From: Bacteroidota bacterium
GTDB lineage: Bacteria; Bacteroidota; Bacteroidia; Bacteroidales; FEN-979
Direction of reading: 5' to 3'
DNA length: 64,000 bases
Assembly (NCBI GenBank): GCA_026391715.1
Contig: JAPLDO010000045.1
Location: forward strand, 73,758-137,757
Below are positions 10,501-19,505 of the stretch, piece after piece (position 1 is the stretch's first letter; every line of letters begins with the position of its first letter). The translations under genes were made by a program, and so were the position numbers. The notes under the pieces were generated by a model. The model worked only from the letters and a program-made list of their open reading frames with translations, ran no database searches and was not told the origin of the DNA.

Positions 10501-10931
10501 AAAGTATGAACCGGGAAATTGCAAAACTTGCCTCGCAACAGGAAGCCCTTAGAAATGAAATGCAAAAGTATCAGGATGCATTAGGGTCAAAAGGCATTAA
10601 AGATCAGACCGGATTGAATGATGCAGCTCATGATATGGAACAAATTGAAAAGGATTTGATTAACAAAAAGATAACACAGGAAACTATTCGAAGGCAGCAG
10701 AGCATTATTACACGTTTACTTGAATCTGAAAAAGCTGAGCAAACCAGGGACAGAGAAGAAAAAAGGGAGTCAATTGAAGCAAAAAATCAAAAAATAAGTA
10801 ACCTTAGTAAAACTTTTGAGTATAATATAAATAAAAGAGCCAGTAATGATCAACTGGAATTAATATTGCCATCTTTACGCTCTTTTTATAAAAACAAAGT
10901 GAATAGCTACATTGTCAAAATAGAACGATAA
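7575..10931 (+). CDS. Large membrane-anchored coiled-coil protein (DUF4175-like); function unknown
   Basis: 1118 aa. N-terminal TM segments are at about aa 27-85 and 160-175. A beta-rich middle region is followed by more than 500 aa of K/E/Q-rich heptad-like sequence. The DUF4175 assignment is from memory of the family architecture and was not searched. Confidence 0.5.
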   Translation: MKNNSQELIEKLDLFIRKYYKNRLIRGFLWSVTLTAVFFLVIIMLENFFYFETIVRKVLFFTYSSLLVFVLTRLIFIPCFQLLKIGKLITYQQAAEIVGGHFNGIQDKLLNTLQLIGQKKDSVENSDLVFASIEQKTKSLKLFKFNLAIDFRKNFKYLRFAGVPIIIILLLILLTPRTISEPTSRIIRFNETFIKPLPYTFEILNKKLDVLQQDDFELLVKIIGDEIPSEVFIKTGDVIYKMLRAKDCNYSYKFKSLQSNINFKIVTDDLQSATYTINVLPKPIILNFDIVINYPEYTAKKDEIFENQGDVVVPEGTRITWNFFTKDVEEILMRFSPEIILNKTKSVNKFTFSGSPLINCIYTIKPVNSSVSFSDSLLYRLMVINDGYPSIFIIESTDSVLFTKLFFKGTIKDDYGFTKLTFNYKIYNKNDTTRNYTLTEIPIEKKLNNQIFYYSIDLVTLLPDPGKKIIYYFEIQDNDQIHGPKATRTEIHIITTPTLEEISAKTELNAEYINDELEKSISGSKSIKKTLDELNKQLIDQNSISWQDKKKMDDLIKSSEVIQKRIEDIKKKASENIGSEEKYLETSERIIEKQKMLNEMMDQIFPEELKKMIEELKVLMNQVNKEKLGNLLEKMKLNTKELENQLDRNLALMKQVEFDRKLEETIKELKKTASELEKLAEKTETPLNDFDKLLEKQREINDKSDSLSAKIEQLQKDAKNLEEPVQLGNTEKLQDSIRLNLSKSKNSLEGKDKKKASSSQKKASGYMKELAQQIESANEESEEDQLEEDAQNVRMILQNLVRLSFNQEELISQTKPISRTDPRYLEIVVRQKEFGDKMKIVEDSLNAIAKRQLMIKPIITKEIMSINQNIDLALESFEARNIGAVVTRQQFAMTSINNLALLLNESLQNMNEKLSSSMKSKSGNKSCSNPSSGKTGKKSAKEMKDIQGKIGEQLKKLKEGLEGSKKPGNSNKSEQQSMNREIAKLASQQEALRNEMQKYQDALGSKGIKDQTGLNDAAHDMEQIEKDLINKKITQETIRRQQSIITRLLESEKAEQTRDREEKRESIEAKNQKISNLSKTFEYNINKRASNDQLELILPSLRSFYKNKVNSYIVKIER

Positions 10932-10932
10932 A

Positions 10933-11418
10933 ATGAAATATTCCCTTGAAAAGTTGTTAATCCACGGCAAAAAGGAAAGGTATCGTCTCGAAAGGTTTGT
11001 TGAAGAAATCTGTGATTTCCATAATATCACAAATGAATACTTCGGAAATATTCAACTCGCAACCTCTGAAGCTGCTGAAGTTCTCTTTTCGCTTGGTTCT
11101 AATACTGTTTCGGATTGCCTGAATGTTTCTTTTGAGAAAAGTTTTAAAGGTCTTATATTCAAAATAAACCTGGTTGGAAATTGCAATGATTTCATTGTTG
11201 ATGAGGATTTGCTTGACAGGGAAATACGGAGACATCAATTGGGGCGGGAAATTTATATTATCAAATCACTTACGGATGAGTTTGAGATAAATGCAAACGG
11301 AACGGGAATCCATCTGATTTTTTATGTTTCAAGTATAAATTTCGAGAAATCATTGCAGCGAATTCAATTTTTAAAATCTTTCTGGGAAAAGGAAAAAAAC
11401 GTAATGCACGAAAATTAA
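10933..11418 (+). CDS. Hypothetical protein, 161 aa
   Basis: The ORF starts 2 nt after the upstream stop, and its stop overlaps the ybeY start (TAATG). No motif I can name with confidence. Confidence 0.4.
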   Translation: MKYSLEKLLIHGKKERYRLERFVEEICDFHNITNEYFGNIQLATSEAAEVLFSLGSNTVSDCLNVSFEKSFKGLIFKINLVGNCNDFIVDEDLLDREIRRHQLGREIYIIKSLTDEFEINANGTGIHLIFYVSSINFEKSLQRIQFLKSFWEKEKNVMHEN

Positions 11419-11864
11419 TGATACGAATTCAATTTTTTACCGAAGACATTAAATTTCGTGTGAAGAATACACTCCAACTGCGAAGATGGATTTGTATTGC
11501 AATAAAAATGGAAAGAAAAAAAGTTGAAAAAATCAATATAATCCTTTGTTCAGATACTTTTTTATTCGAACTTAATAAAAAATATTTAAAACGTAAGTCT
11601 TTGACAGATATTCTTACTTTTTCTTTTTCGGAAATTGACGACTTCATTTCAGGTGATATGTATATCAGTGTTGAAAGAGTTCGAGTTAACGGAATATTAT
11701 TTAAACAGAAATTGGAAATGGAATTACGAAGAGTTATTATTCATGGAATTTTACATCTGGTTGGATTCAATGATAAAGGCGGTGATGATAAGAAAAAAAT
11801 GAGAGCCAAAGAAAATATTTACCTTAATTTATACGACGAATTATTTCCGACAAAGACTATCTAA
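11418..11864 (+). CDS. ybeY: rRNA maturation endoribonuclease YbeY
   Basis: HGILHLVGFND zinc-binding motif (HGxLHLxGxD), 148 aa. Confidence 0.9.
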   Translation: MIRIQFFTEDIKFRVKNTLQLRRWICIAIKMERKKVEKINIILCSDTFLFELNKKYLKRKSLTDILTFSFSEIDDFISGDMYISVERVRVNGILFKQKLEMELRRVIIHGILHLVGFNDKGGDDKKKMRAKENIYLNLYDELFPTKTI

Positions 11865-11910
11865 TAATTATCTATTACTCCCAAAAATGTTTCACGTGAA
11901 ACAATAAATT

Positions 11911-13782
11911 TTGAAAAATAGTTATGATGTAATTGTTGTTGGCGCTGGTCATGCAGGTTGTGAAGCAGCTTCATCTGCTGCAACACTTGGATCCAAAGTG
12001 TTGTTGATAACAATGAATATGATGAACATGGCACAAATGTCTTGCAATCCTTCTATTGGAGGAATAGCCAAAGGACAGATTGTTCGGGAAATTGACGCTT
12101 TAGGAGGAAATACGGGAATTGTGACTGACAGAACAATGATTCAATTCCGAATGCTCAACAGATCAAAGGGACCTGCTATGTGGAGTCCACGTGCGCAAAA
12201 TGATCGAATTAAATTTTCCCTGGAATGGAGAAGTATTTTGGAAACAAACTCTAATGTTGATTTCTGGCAGGATTTTGTTGTTGATTTAACTCTTAAAAAT
12301 GGAAAAATTATTGGTGTTAAAACAGGAATGGGACTTGAATTTAAATCCAGATCAGTTGTTTTAGCAAACGGAACCTTTCTTAATGGCATAATATTTATTG
12401 GTGAAAAAAAGTTTTCAGGCGGTAGAATCGGCGAAGGAACATCACTAAATCTTACTGATAATCTAGTAAAATCAGGTTTTGTCTCCAATAGAATGAAAAC
12501 CGGGACACCGGCTAGGGTAGACGGGAGATCACTTGATTTCACTAAAATGGATGAACAACCCGGAGACGAAAAACCCGGGAAGTTCTCCTTTACCGATACG
12601 CCTCCATTAGAAAACCAGCAAAGTTGTTTTCTTACTTATACAAATGAGGAAGTACACGACATTTTAAGAACCGGATTTGACCGCTCCCCCATGTATACTG
12701 GAAGGATTATTGGTCGTGGACCGAGATATTGCCCTTCAATTGAAGATAAAATTGATCGGTTTGCTGCCCGAAACAGACACCAGTTATTTATTGAACCGGA
12801 AGGCTTGAATACCGTAGAATTTTATGTTAATGGGTTTTCGTCCTCTTTGCCCGAAGATATTCAATTTAAAGCCCTTATGAAAGTTAAAGGATTTGAAAAA
12901 GCAAAGTTTTTTCGTCCAGGATATGCCATTGAATATGATTATTTTCCTCCAGAACAATTATATAATAATTTAGAAACAAAAATAATTGAAAATCTTTTTT
13001 TTGCAGGTCAAATTAATGGAACAACTGGTTATGAGGAGGCTGCTGCCCAAGGACTTATGGCTGGTATAAATGCTCATTTGAAGATTAATAATCAAAAGCC
13101 ACTTATTCTTAAACGTTCTGAAGCATATATTGGTGTACTAATTGATGACCTAATTACAAAAGGTACTGAAGAGCCTTACAGGATGTTCACGTCCAGAGCC
13201 GAATACAGGTTACTTTTACGACAAGATAATGCTGATCATCGTTTAACCGGTATTGCTTATAAACATGGACTTGTGTCAGCTGACCGCCTGAGAGATGTTG
13301 CCGATAAATATAAAAAAGTAGATCATTTGACCAGATTTCTGAAAAATCAAACTTTAATACCGGAAAACATTAATCCTATTCTTATAGAAAATAATTCAGC
13401 CACTACTACCCAAAAACAAAAAGCTGCAAACGTTCTTCTCAGACCCCATGTTTTTCTAACTGATTTGATTAATAAAATTGATTTTCTAAACTCGTATATA
13501 AAAATGCACAGCCTTGATAACAAGGAGATCATCGCCGAAGCTGAGTTAGTTATAAAGTACGAAAATTATATAGAAAAAGAACAACTGCTTGCTGACAAAA
13601 TGGCTAATCTTGAAAACCTTTTCATCCCAAATGATTATAATTTCAATAAAATTATTTCTTTATCCATTGAAGCCAGAGAAAAATTAACAAAGATTAAACC
13701 TTCCTCAATAGGACAGGCAACAAGGATTAGTGGTGTATCTCCTGCAGATATTTCGGTGCTTATTGTCTACCTTCGAAGATAA
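11911..13782 (+). CDS. mnmG: tRNA uridine 5-carboxymethylaminomethyl modification enzyme MnmG (GidA)
   Basis: YDVIVVGAGHAGCEAA FAD motif, GPRYCPSIEDK and GQINGTTGYEEAAAQG. 623 aa. Apparent TTG start, since there is no in-frame ATG upstream. Confidence 0.97.
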   Translation: MKNSYDVIVVGAGHAGCEAASSAATLGSKVLLITMNMMNMAQMSCNPSIGGIAKGQIVREIDALGGNTGIVTDRTMIQFRMLNRSKGPAMWSPRAQNDRIKFSLEWRSILETNSNVDFWQDFVVDLTLKNGKIIGVKTGMGLEFKSRSVVLANGTFLNGIIFIGEKKFSGGRIGEGTSLNLTDNLVKSGFVSNRMKTGTPARVDGRSLDFTKMDEQPGDEKPGKFSFTDTPPLENQQSCFLTYTNEEVHDILRTGFDRSPMYTGRIIGRGPRYCPSIEDKIDRFAARNRHQLFIEPEGLNTVEFYVNGFSSSLPEDIQFKALMKVKGFEKAKFFRPGYAIEYDYFPPEQLYNNLETKIIENLFFAGQINGTTGYEEAAAQGLMAGINAHLKINNQKPLILKRSEAYIGVLIDDLITKGTEEPYRMFTSRAEYRLLLRQDNADHRLTGIAYKHGLVSADRLRDVADKYKKVDHLTRFLKNQTLIPENINPILIENNSATTTQKQKAANVLLRPHVFLTDLINKIDFLNSYIKMHSLDNKEIIAEAELVIKYENYIEKEQLLADKMANLENLFIPNDYNFNKIISLSIEAREKLTKIKPSSIGQATRISGVSPADISVLIVYLRR

Positions 13783-13805
13783 CGTTCCACGTGAAACCTT
13801 TTTTT

Positions 13806-14699
13806 ATGACTGAAGAATTATCAACCTGTCCTATTTGTAACAAAACTAAATTTATACTTTTTTCTTCTATCAAAGATCATTTCCTTTCAAAGGAAACATT
13901 CCATGTCATGCAATGTACTGCCTGTGGGTTTAGGTTTTTAAACCCAAGACCTGATGCAGCTGATATTAGCTATTACTACCAATCGAAGGACTACATTTCT
14001 CATGATGCTTCAAAAAAAGATTTGATAAGCCATATTTATAAACTTGCCAGAAATATTTCTATTCGAAATAAATATAACCTTGTCCGTCAGTATTGTGAAA
14101 CAGGGGCTATCCTTGATTTTGGTTGTGGTACAGGGGAATTTCTTGCATATTGCAAAAAAATGAAACACCAGGTAGTGGGAGTTGAACTAAATAATAAAGC
14201 GAGAGATTTTGCAATAAATCAACAAAAAATAGAAGTTTTTAATGATATTAATACTTATGAGTTAAACTTGCGGACTTTTGATTGCATTACAATGTGGCAT
14301 GTTTTAGAGCATGTGCATGATCTGAGTCAAACACTTAAAAGAATTAATAGTCTGCTTTCTAATTCAGGGATTCTGATAATTGCCGTTCCAAATTGCAATT
14401 CTCCAGATGCACGTAAATATAAAACGTTTTGGGCTGCCTATGATGTTCCCCGACACCTCTATCATTTTACAACCGAATCATTTACCAGATTGGCTCATCG
14501 TCATCATTTTATTATAGAAAATATTCTACCACAAAAACTTGACGCTTATTACGTCTCCATGCTTAGCGAAAAATACCAAAACGGAAAAAACAATTATTTT
14601 CGATCATTCCTTAATGGTTTAAGATCCAATTTTCTTGCAAAAAGAGACAATATGGGTTATTCAAGTCAGATTTTTGTTCTCAATCGGGTAATTCGATAA
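13806..14699 (+). CDS. Class I SAM-dependent methyltransferase with N-terminal Cys4 zinc-ribbon
   Basis: CPIC...CTACG zinc ribbon, ILDFGCGTGEF (SAM motif I), and the WHVLEHV motif common in Methyltransf_11/23-type enzymes. ATG 13806 preferred over GTG 13791. Confidence 0.75.
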   Translation: MTEELSTCPICNKTKFILFSSIKDHFLSKETFHVMQCTACGFRFLNPRPDAADISYYYQSKDYISHDASKKDLISHIYKLARNISIRNKYNLVRQYCETGAILDFGCGTGEFLAYCKKMKHQVVGVELNNKARDFAINQQKIEVFNDINTYELNLRTFDCITMWHVLEHVHDLSQTLKRINSLLSNSGILIIAVPNCNSPDARKYKTFWAAYDVPRHLYHFTTESFTRLAHRHHFIIENILPQKLDAYYVSMLSEKYQNGKNNYFRSFLNGLRSNFLAKRDNMGYSSQIFVLNRVIR

Positions 14700-14816
14700 T
14701 TTTAAGCCCCGTAAGGCATTCAAATTGCATTTAATGGAAAACCCTGCCATCTTATCTTGAATAAACGTTTATGTGCAATCTTATGAGGTCACAATTTTTA
14801 ACTACACATCACCCCG

Positions 14817-17800
14817 TTGACCAATTTTAAAATAAAAATAATTAAATTAAAAAAATTTCAACATTTTATTGTTGCCGGTATTTTATTCATGATTATACCT
14901 TGTGCAGATTGGTATATCAACTGGACAAATATTCCAGAAAATCTTTTATTAGTTTTCAGGCGAGAAATTGTCAATGAAGAGAAAGCCCTTACGATTTTTG
15001 TCGAAACTATTTCAACTAACTTTGCCTCTAAAACTTTTACCAAAGCGACAGAAGATTCTGTTTACAACGTAATAAATCTCGAAAAACCGGGAATATCGTT
15101 ATTCATTGTTAGAAATGATACCTTAATATTTTGGAACAGTAACCGGGAAATTCTTTCACCAGGATTTTTTAAATCATCTGAAAATGGTTTTCAGGTAGTT
15201 CACCTTCAAAATGGGTGGTTTAGCGTTTACACAAAGAAAGTTGTATCGTATAAGTTTATTGCTTTCGCGTTAATAAAGAATGATTATTCGATCACTAATT
15301 CCTATTTGAAAAATTACTTTTCTCCTCCATTTACTTTACCAGAAACGGTATCCTTATCAATAGAAAAAACACCATATCCGGTTTTCTCAGCTAACGAAAA
15401 ATATCTTTTCAGCGTGGCATTTCCTCCGGAAAGATGTAATAACCTGGGTTTTCCCGTATCTTTTCGACTCTCCAATAATTTTTTAGTAATATTGCGTTTA
15501 TTATTATTCCTTCTTGGATCCTCTTTCCTTCTAATATTTATCTACCGTATTTGCCTGAGTATCATTTATTTTAAAACTCATAAAATTCAGTTTCTACTTT
15601 CCGTTTCGTTTATCATACTCATTTTACGGACTATTCAGTTTTATTTTCAATTTCCTGAACATTTATATCAAACCGAATTATTTAGTCCGTCTTTATACTC
15701 CTCTTCTTTTTTTCTACCTTCACTCGGCGATTTCCTTTTTAATTCGCTTCTAATTTTTTATATAGTCTGGATAATAGGTAAAATAAATGTTGTTAACCAA
15801 AGAAAAATATTGCATAATAAATTCTGGTTTATAAAATACCAGGGCTTATTAGTAATTCTATTCGTTTTTTTTACTATCTTAGAATTTCTCATTACAGACC
15901 TAATTATCAATTCCTCATTTTCACTTAATTTCCAGAATATTGCTAATCTGACAGCAGTAAGCATATACGGATTATTCATCATTGTTTTGCTGTCGGGCGC
16001 CTTCCTAATTATTTCTTATCAAATATTTGAAAAGATTTTTTCTTTTTCCTCAAAAATCGAAATGCTCTTTTCCGGCTTGATTATCTCCTTTTTTCTATAT
16101 ATAATTATATGCAAGACAACTTCAACTGAGATAAATTATGGTATCATTTTGTTTTTTTTCGTTTATGCTTGTTTTAATTGGTATTTAAAATCAATGCAAA
16201 AACCAAGGTATTCGTTACTACACATACTTTTCTTACTATTTTTTTATTCTCTCCTTGCAACATTTCTATTAAATCGTGCAAATACTCTCAAAGAAAACGA
16301 TAACGTGAACTTGATCGCGCTTAACCTTATATCCAAACAAAATCCTGTTACCGAGGACAGATATTATCAGATTGTCGAAAAACTAAGGTCTGATTCTATA
16401 TTGAAGAAAATGCTTATTTTTAAAAATTCACATGAGCATTTTTCCGATAGCCTTAATATCTACTTGAAACAACGTTATTTTAAGGATTACTGGCGCAGGT
16501 ATAATATTCAGGTTACTTTCTGCAAACCGCAGCAGGAACTTAGTGTGCAGCCTCAGGAATACGTTATTGATTGCAACCATTTTTTTCAAAATCTGATTAA
16601 GAATTATGGTGAAACAACGTCGGCGCCAGGTCTGTATTATCTTGATTTTGGATATGGAAAAGAATATTACCTCGCATTGTTGAACACTATCGAATCAAAC
16701 GCAACTACCGAAAAACAAGCACAGTTATATATTGAGTTTACACTACCAGGTATAATTCCCGATCCAGGCTACCCGGGATTATTACTTGATGAAAATTGGA
16801 AAAATCCCGCTCACCAGCCAAATTACACTTACGCATTGTATCAGTACGGGCGATTGGTTCATTCAGTAGGTAACTGCAATTATTTGTTGGAATTAGAGAC
16901 TTATCCGCGCTATTCTCGTATCAGTCCATACTTTTTTGATAATAATCTCAAGCATTTTCATTTCAGGATTAATGAGGGTAGCGACTTGCTTATCAGTAAA
17001 ACAAGTAATGGATTTTTTTCAGAAATCACCCCTTTTTCCTACCTTTTTATCATCTATTCCTGCCTGGCGCTTATTATCAAAGGCTTCAGTATGGTTAAAA
17101 AAGGAATCTCTTCCAATCCTGTTGACCTGCGTACCAAGCTGCAAATCTACTTAACAAACATTCTTATTCTTACCATGGTCATCATTGGTATTTTACAGGT
17201 TATCTATATTATAAAAATTAATGAAATGAAAAAACGTGATTATTTACGCGAGAAGGCATATTCTTTGTTAACCGAGGTTCAGGACAAATTCAGCGCGTCT
17301 GGGACGGCTTCCGACGTTATCAACCAGGAACCTGAAAATTTTCTAATAAAGCTTTCAAATATTTTCTTTTGTGATATAAATTTGTATGATACGCGAGGGT
17401 TCTTAATTTCTTCCAGTCGCAAAGAAATATTCGCTGCGGGTCTTATTTCAGAGCGAATCAACGCCCTTGCCTATAAGAAAATGATCATTGAACACAATTC
17501 AATCCTTATCCACGAAGAAGTAATCGGAAATATGAAATTCGGTTCAGTATACCTTCCTATGCACAATAATCAGGGTAATTTACTGGGATATATTAATTTG
17601 CCATATTTTGCGCGATTAGATGATTTAAAAAAAGAGATTTCTTCATTTCTCGTCACTTTCGTCAATATTTATATTCTTATAATTTTATCCGGCGCTTTGA
17701 TTTCCTTTTTACTTTCTAATTATATAACGTCTCCGTTGGCATTACTTTCCACGAAGATGTCGCTGCTACGACTCGGAAAACCGAATGAGAAAATTTCCTG

Positions 17801-18593
17801 GAAAATCAATGATGAAATAGGACGCTTAGTTTCCGATTACAATAGAATGATTGATGAACTCGATAAAAGCGTAAATCAATTAGCGCTAAATGAAAGAGAA
17901 AGCGCTTGGCGGGAAATGGCCAGACAAGTAGCTCACGAAATTAAAAATCCGTTAACACCTATGAAACTGAGCGCTCAATATCTTCAGAAATCATGGAATG
18001 AACATGCGCCAGACATGGAGCAACGGATCACTCGCTTTACCAAAACCCTGGTCGAACAAATAGATACGCTTGCAACAATTGCCTCCGATTTTTCATGTTT
18101 TGCTAAAATGTCACCCCCTATATCTGAGCGACTCAATATTGTGGAAGTTATTAACACGGTATTGACATTGTATCAAGAATCAACCAATATCAGATATGTA
18201 TTTGAATCAGAAAATAACACTATAGAAATTTTGTCCGATCGTTCTCAATTGATAAGGGTTTTGACAAATTTAATCAACAATGCAGTTCAAGCTATTGGTT
18301 CCTTAAAGGATGGGTTAATCCTGTTAAGTCTGCATGAAACTACCGATCAGATAATTATTCAAATTTCAGATAACGGAATAGGCATTCCCGCAGACCTGGT
18401 ATCAAAGATATTTCAACCCGATTTTACTACAAAAACCGGAGGAATGGGATTGGGACTCGCCATTGTAAAAGGTATAATATTGGATATGAAGGGTGAAATT
18501 TCTTTCACATCAAACGAAAACACAGGCACGAATTTTACTATAAGGTTACCTATAAAAATTAAAAATAACGATGGCAAACCTATACAGATCTAA
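14817..18593 (+). CDS. Polytopic sensor histidine kinase
   Basis: 1258 aa with many TM segments. It has a HAMP-like segment, the H-box ARQVAHEIKNPLTPM, the N-box LTNLINNAVQA, and the G-boxes DNGIGI and GGMGLGLAIVK. The exact start is uncertain (TTG at 14817 or a later ATG). Confidence 0.9.
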   Translation: MTNFKIKIIKLKKFQHFIVAGILFMIIPCADWYINWTNIPENLLLVFRREIVNEEKALTIFVETISTNFASKTFTKATEDSVYNVINLEKPGISLFIVRNDTLIFWNSNREILSPGFFKSSENGFQVVHLQNGWFSVYTKKVVSYKFIAFALIKNDYSITNSYLKNYFSPPFTLPETVSLSIEKTPYPVFSANEKYLFSVAFPPERCNNLGFPVSFRLSNNFLVILRLLLFLLGSSFLLIFIYRICLSIIYFKTHKIQFLLSVSFIILILRTIQFYFQFPEHLYQTELFSPSLYSSSFFLPSLGDFLFNSLLIFYIVWIIGKINVVNQRKILHNKFWFIKYQGLLVILFVFFTILEFLITDLIINSSFSLNFQNIANLTAVSIYGLFIIVLLSGAFLIISYQIFEKIFSFSSKIEMLFSGLIISFFLYIIICKTTSTEINYGIILFFFVYACFNWYLKSMQKPRYSLLHILFLLFFYSLLATFLLNRANTLKENDNVNLIALNLISKQNPVTEDRYYQIVEKLRSDSILKKMLIFKNSHEHFSDSLNIYLKQRYFKDYWRRYNIQVTFCKPQQELSVQPQEYVIDCNHFFQNLIKNYGETTSAPGLYYLDFGYGKEYYLALLNTIESNATTEKQAQLYIEFTLPGIIPDPGYPGLLLDENWKNPAHQPNYTYALYQYGRLVHSVGNCNYLLELETYPRYSRISPYFFDNNLKHFHFRINEGSDLLISKTSNGFFSEITPFSYLFIIYSCLALIIKGFSMVKKGISSNPVDLRTKLQIYLTNILILTMVIIGILQVIYIIKINEMKKRDYLREKAYSLLTEVQDKFSASGTASDVINQEPENFLIKLSNIFFCDINLYDTRGFLISSSRKEIFAAGLISERINALAYKKMIIEHNSILIHEEVIGNMKFGSVYLPMHNNQGNLLGYINLPYFARLDDLKKEISSFLVTFVNIYILIILSGALISFLLSNYITSPLALLSTKMSLLRLGKPNEKISWKINDEIGRLVSDYNRMIDELDKSVNQLALNERESAWREMARQVAHEIKNPLTPMKLSAQYLQKSWNEHAPDMEQRITRFTKTLVEQIDTLATIASDFSCFAKMSPPISERLNIVEVINTVLTLYQESTNIRYVFESENNTIEILSDRSQLIRVLTNLINNAVQAIGSLKDGLILLSLHETTDQIIIQISDNGIGIPADLVSKIFQPDFTTKTGGMGLGLAIVKGIILDMKGEISFTSNENTGTNFTIRLPIKIKNNDGKPIQI

Positions 18594-19059
18594 ACGATTA
18601 TTTACCTTAGTTTTTATCTTACTTTTGATCATTAACCAGGCATGCATTCGGGAAAAACCAACCGCATTATATCATAAATTTCCCAGAAACCAGTGGGATA
18701 GATTTAATCTTTTGAGTTTTGAAATTCCTATTGAAAAGCCGAATGAAACTTTTGATATTTTTTTACTCTTCAGTTTCACACCCGAATTTCCATACGAGAC
18801 ACTTTTTTTTAACATGGATATGAAAACGCCATCTGGAGAGGAGCGGATCCATGAATATCAGTTGAAAGTAAAAACGAAAGAAGGAAAATTTCTTGGTGAA
18901 GTCACCGGGGATTCGTGTCAGCTTTCCATTAGTTTGAAGCGGTATTTAAAAATTACTAAGCCAGGCATTTTAAATATTGAACTCGAAAATCTTATCCCTC
19001 GTATGACAACTCAAGGAATATCAGGAGTTTCGATAAGTATAATGCATTCAGGCAAGTAG
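18571..19059 (+). CDS. Lipoprotein resembling gliding-motility lipoprotein GldH
   Basis: Lipobox IINQAC. Its size (162 aa) and the pattern YHKF..NQW.....L.F.....P...FDI....SFT.EFPY..LFF recall GldH from memory. Overlaps the kinase gene by 23 nt. Confidence 0.4.
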   Translation: MANLYRSKRLFTLVFILLLIINQACIREKPTALYHKFPRNQWDRFNLLSFEIPIEKPNETFDIFLLFSFTPEFPYETLFFNMDMKTPSGEERIHEYQLKVKTKEGKFLGEVTGDSCQLSISLKRYLKITKPGILNIELENLIPRMTTQGISGVSISIMHSGK

Positions 19060-19500
19060 GCATAAAGCCTGCCTTTTATCCTCACGAATTTGGATAACTA
19101 GTTCATCAAGATTCTTGAACTTTTTTTCGTCACGTATCCTGTCAATAAATTGAACAACCAGAATTTTTCCATATAAATCCTCTGAAAAATCAAATAAATT
19201 AATTTCCACATTCATAGTTTTTCCATCAACTGTTGGCCTAATTCCAGCGTTTGCCATTCCTTTGAAAGCACGCCTTTCTACTACAGCATATACCGCATAA
19301 ACTCCATAAGGAGGTAAAAATAAATTGTTATCAAACATTTTAAGATTGGCAGTAGGAAAACCTAACTTCCTACCTAAATGATTGCCATGAACAACGATAC
19401 CTTTGATCCAGTAAAAACCTCCAGTAAGTTTATTAAAAAGCTGCATGTTTCCTTCTGAAATTGCGACTTTTGCTACCTCTGAAAAGTTATTTGGTTTCAT
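19048..19500 (-). CDS. ribF: Riboflavin kinase domain only (RibF C-terminal half)
   Basis: VVHGNHLGRKLGFPTANL...PYGVYAV...RPT...EINLFDF..DLYG...FIDRIRDEKKF is the RibF kinase domain. At 150 aa, no FAD-synthetase (nucleotidyltransferase) domain is encoded. Confidence 0.85.
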   Translation of the reverse strand: MKPNNFSEVAKVAISEGNMQLFNKLTGGFYWIKGIVVHGNHLGRKLGFPTANLKMFDNNLFLPPYGVYAVYAVVERRAFKGMANAGIRPTVDGKTMNVEINLFDFSEDLYGKILVVQFIDRIRDEKKFKNLDELVIQIREDKRQALCLLA

Positions 19501-19505
19501 CCATT

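Noticed and set aside
7575-19059. Visibly lower GC at 7.5-19 kb versus higher GC at 54-64 kb as evidence of horizontal transfer or a chimeric assembly
   Set aside because: The AT-rich block contains core genes (ybeY, mnmG). Much of the difference is explained by amino-acid composition: K/E/N-rich coiled coil and membrane kinase versus G/T/A/N-rich beta-helix proteins. I cannot compute statistics here, so no claim is made.
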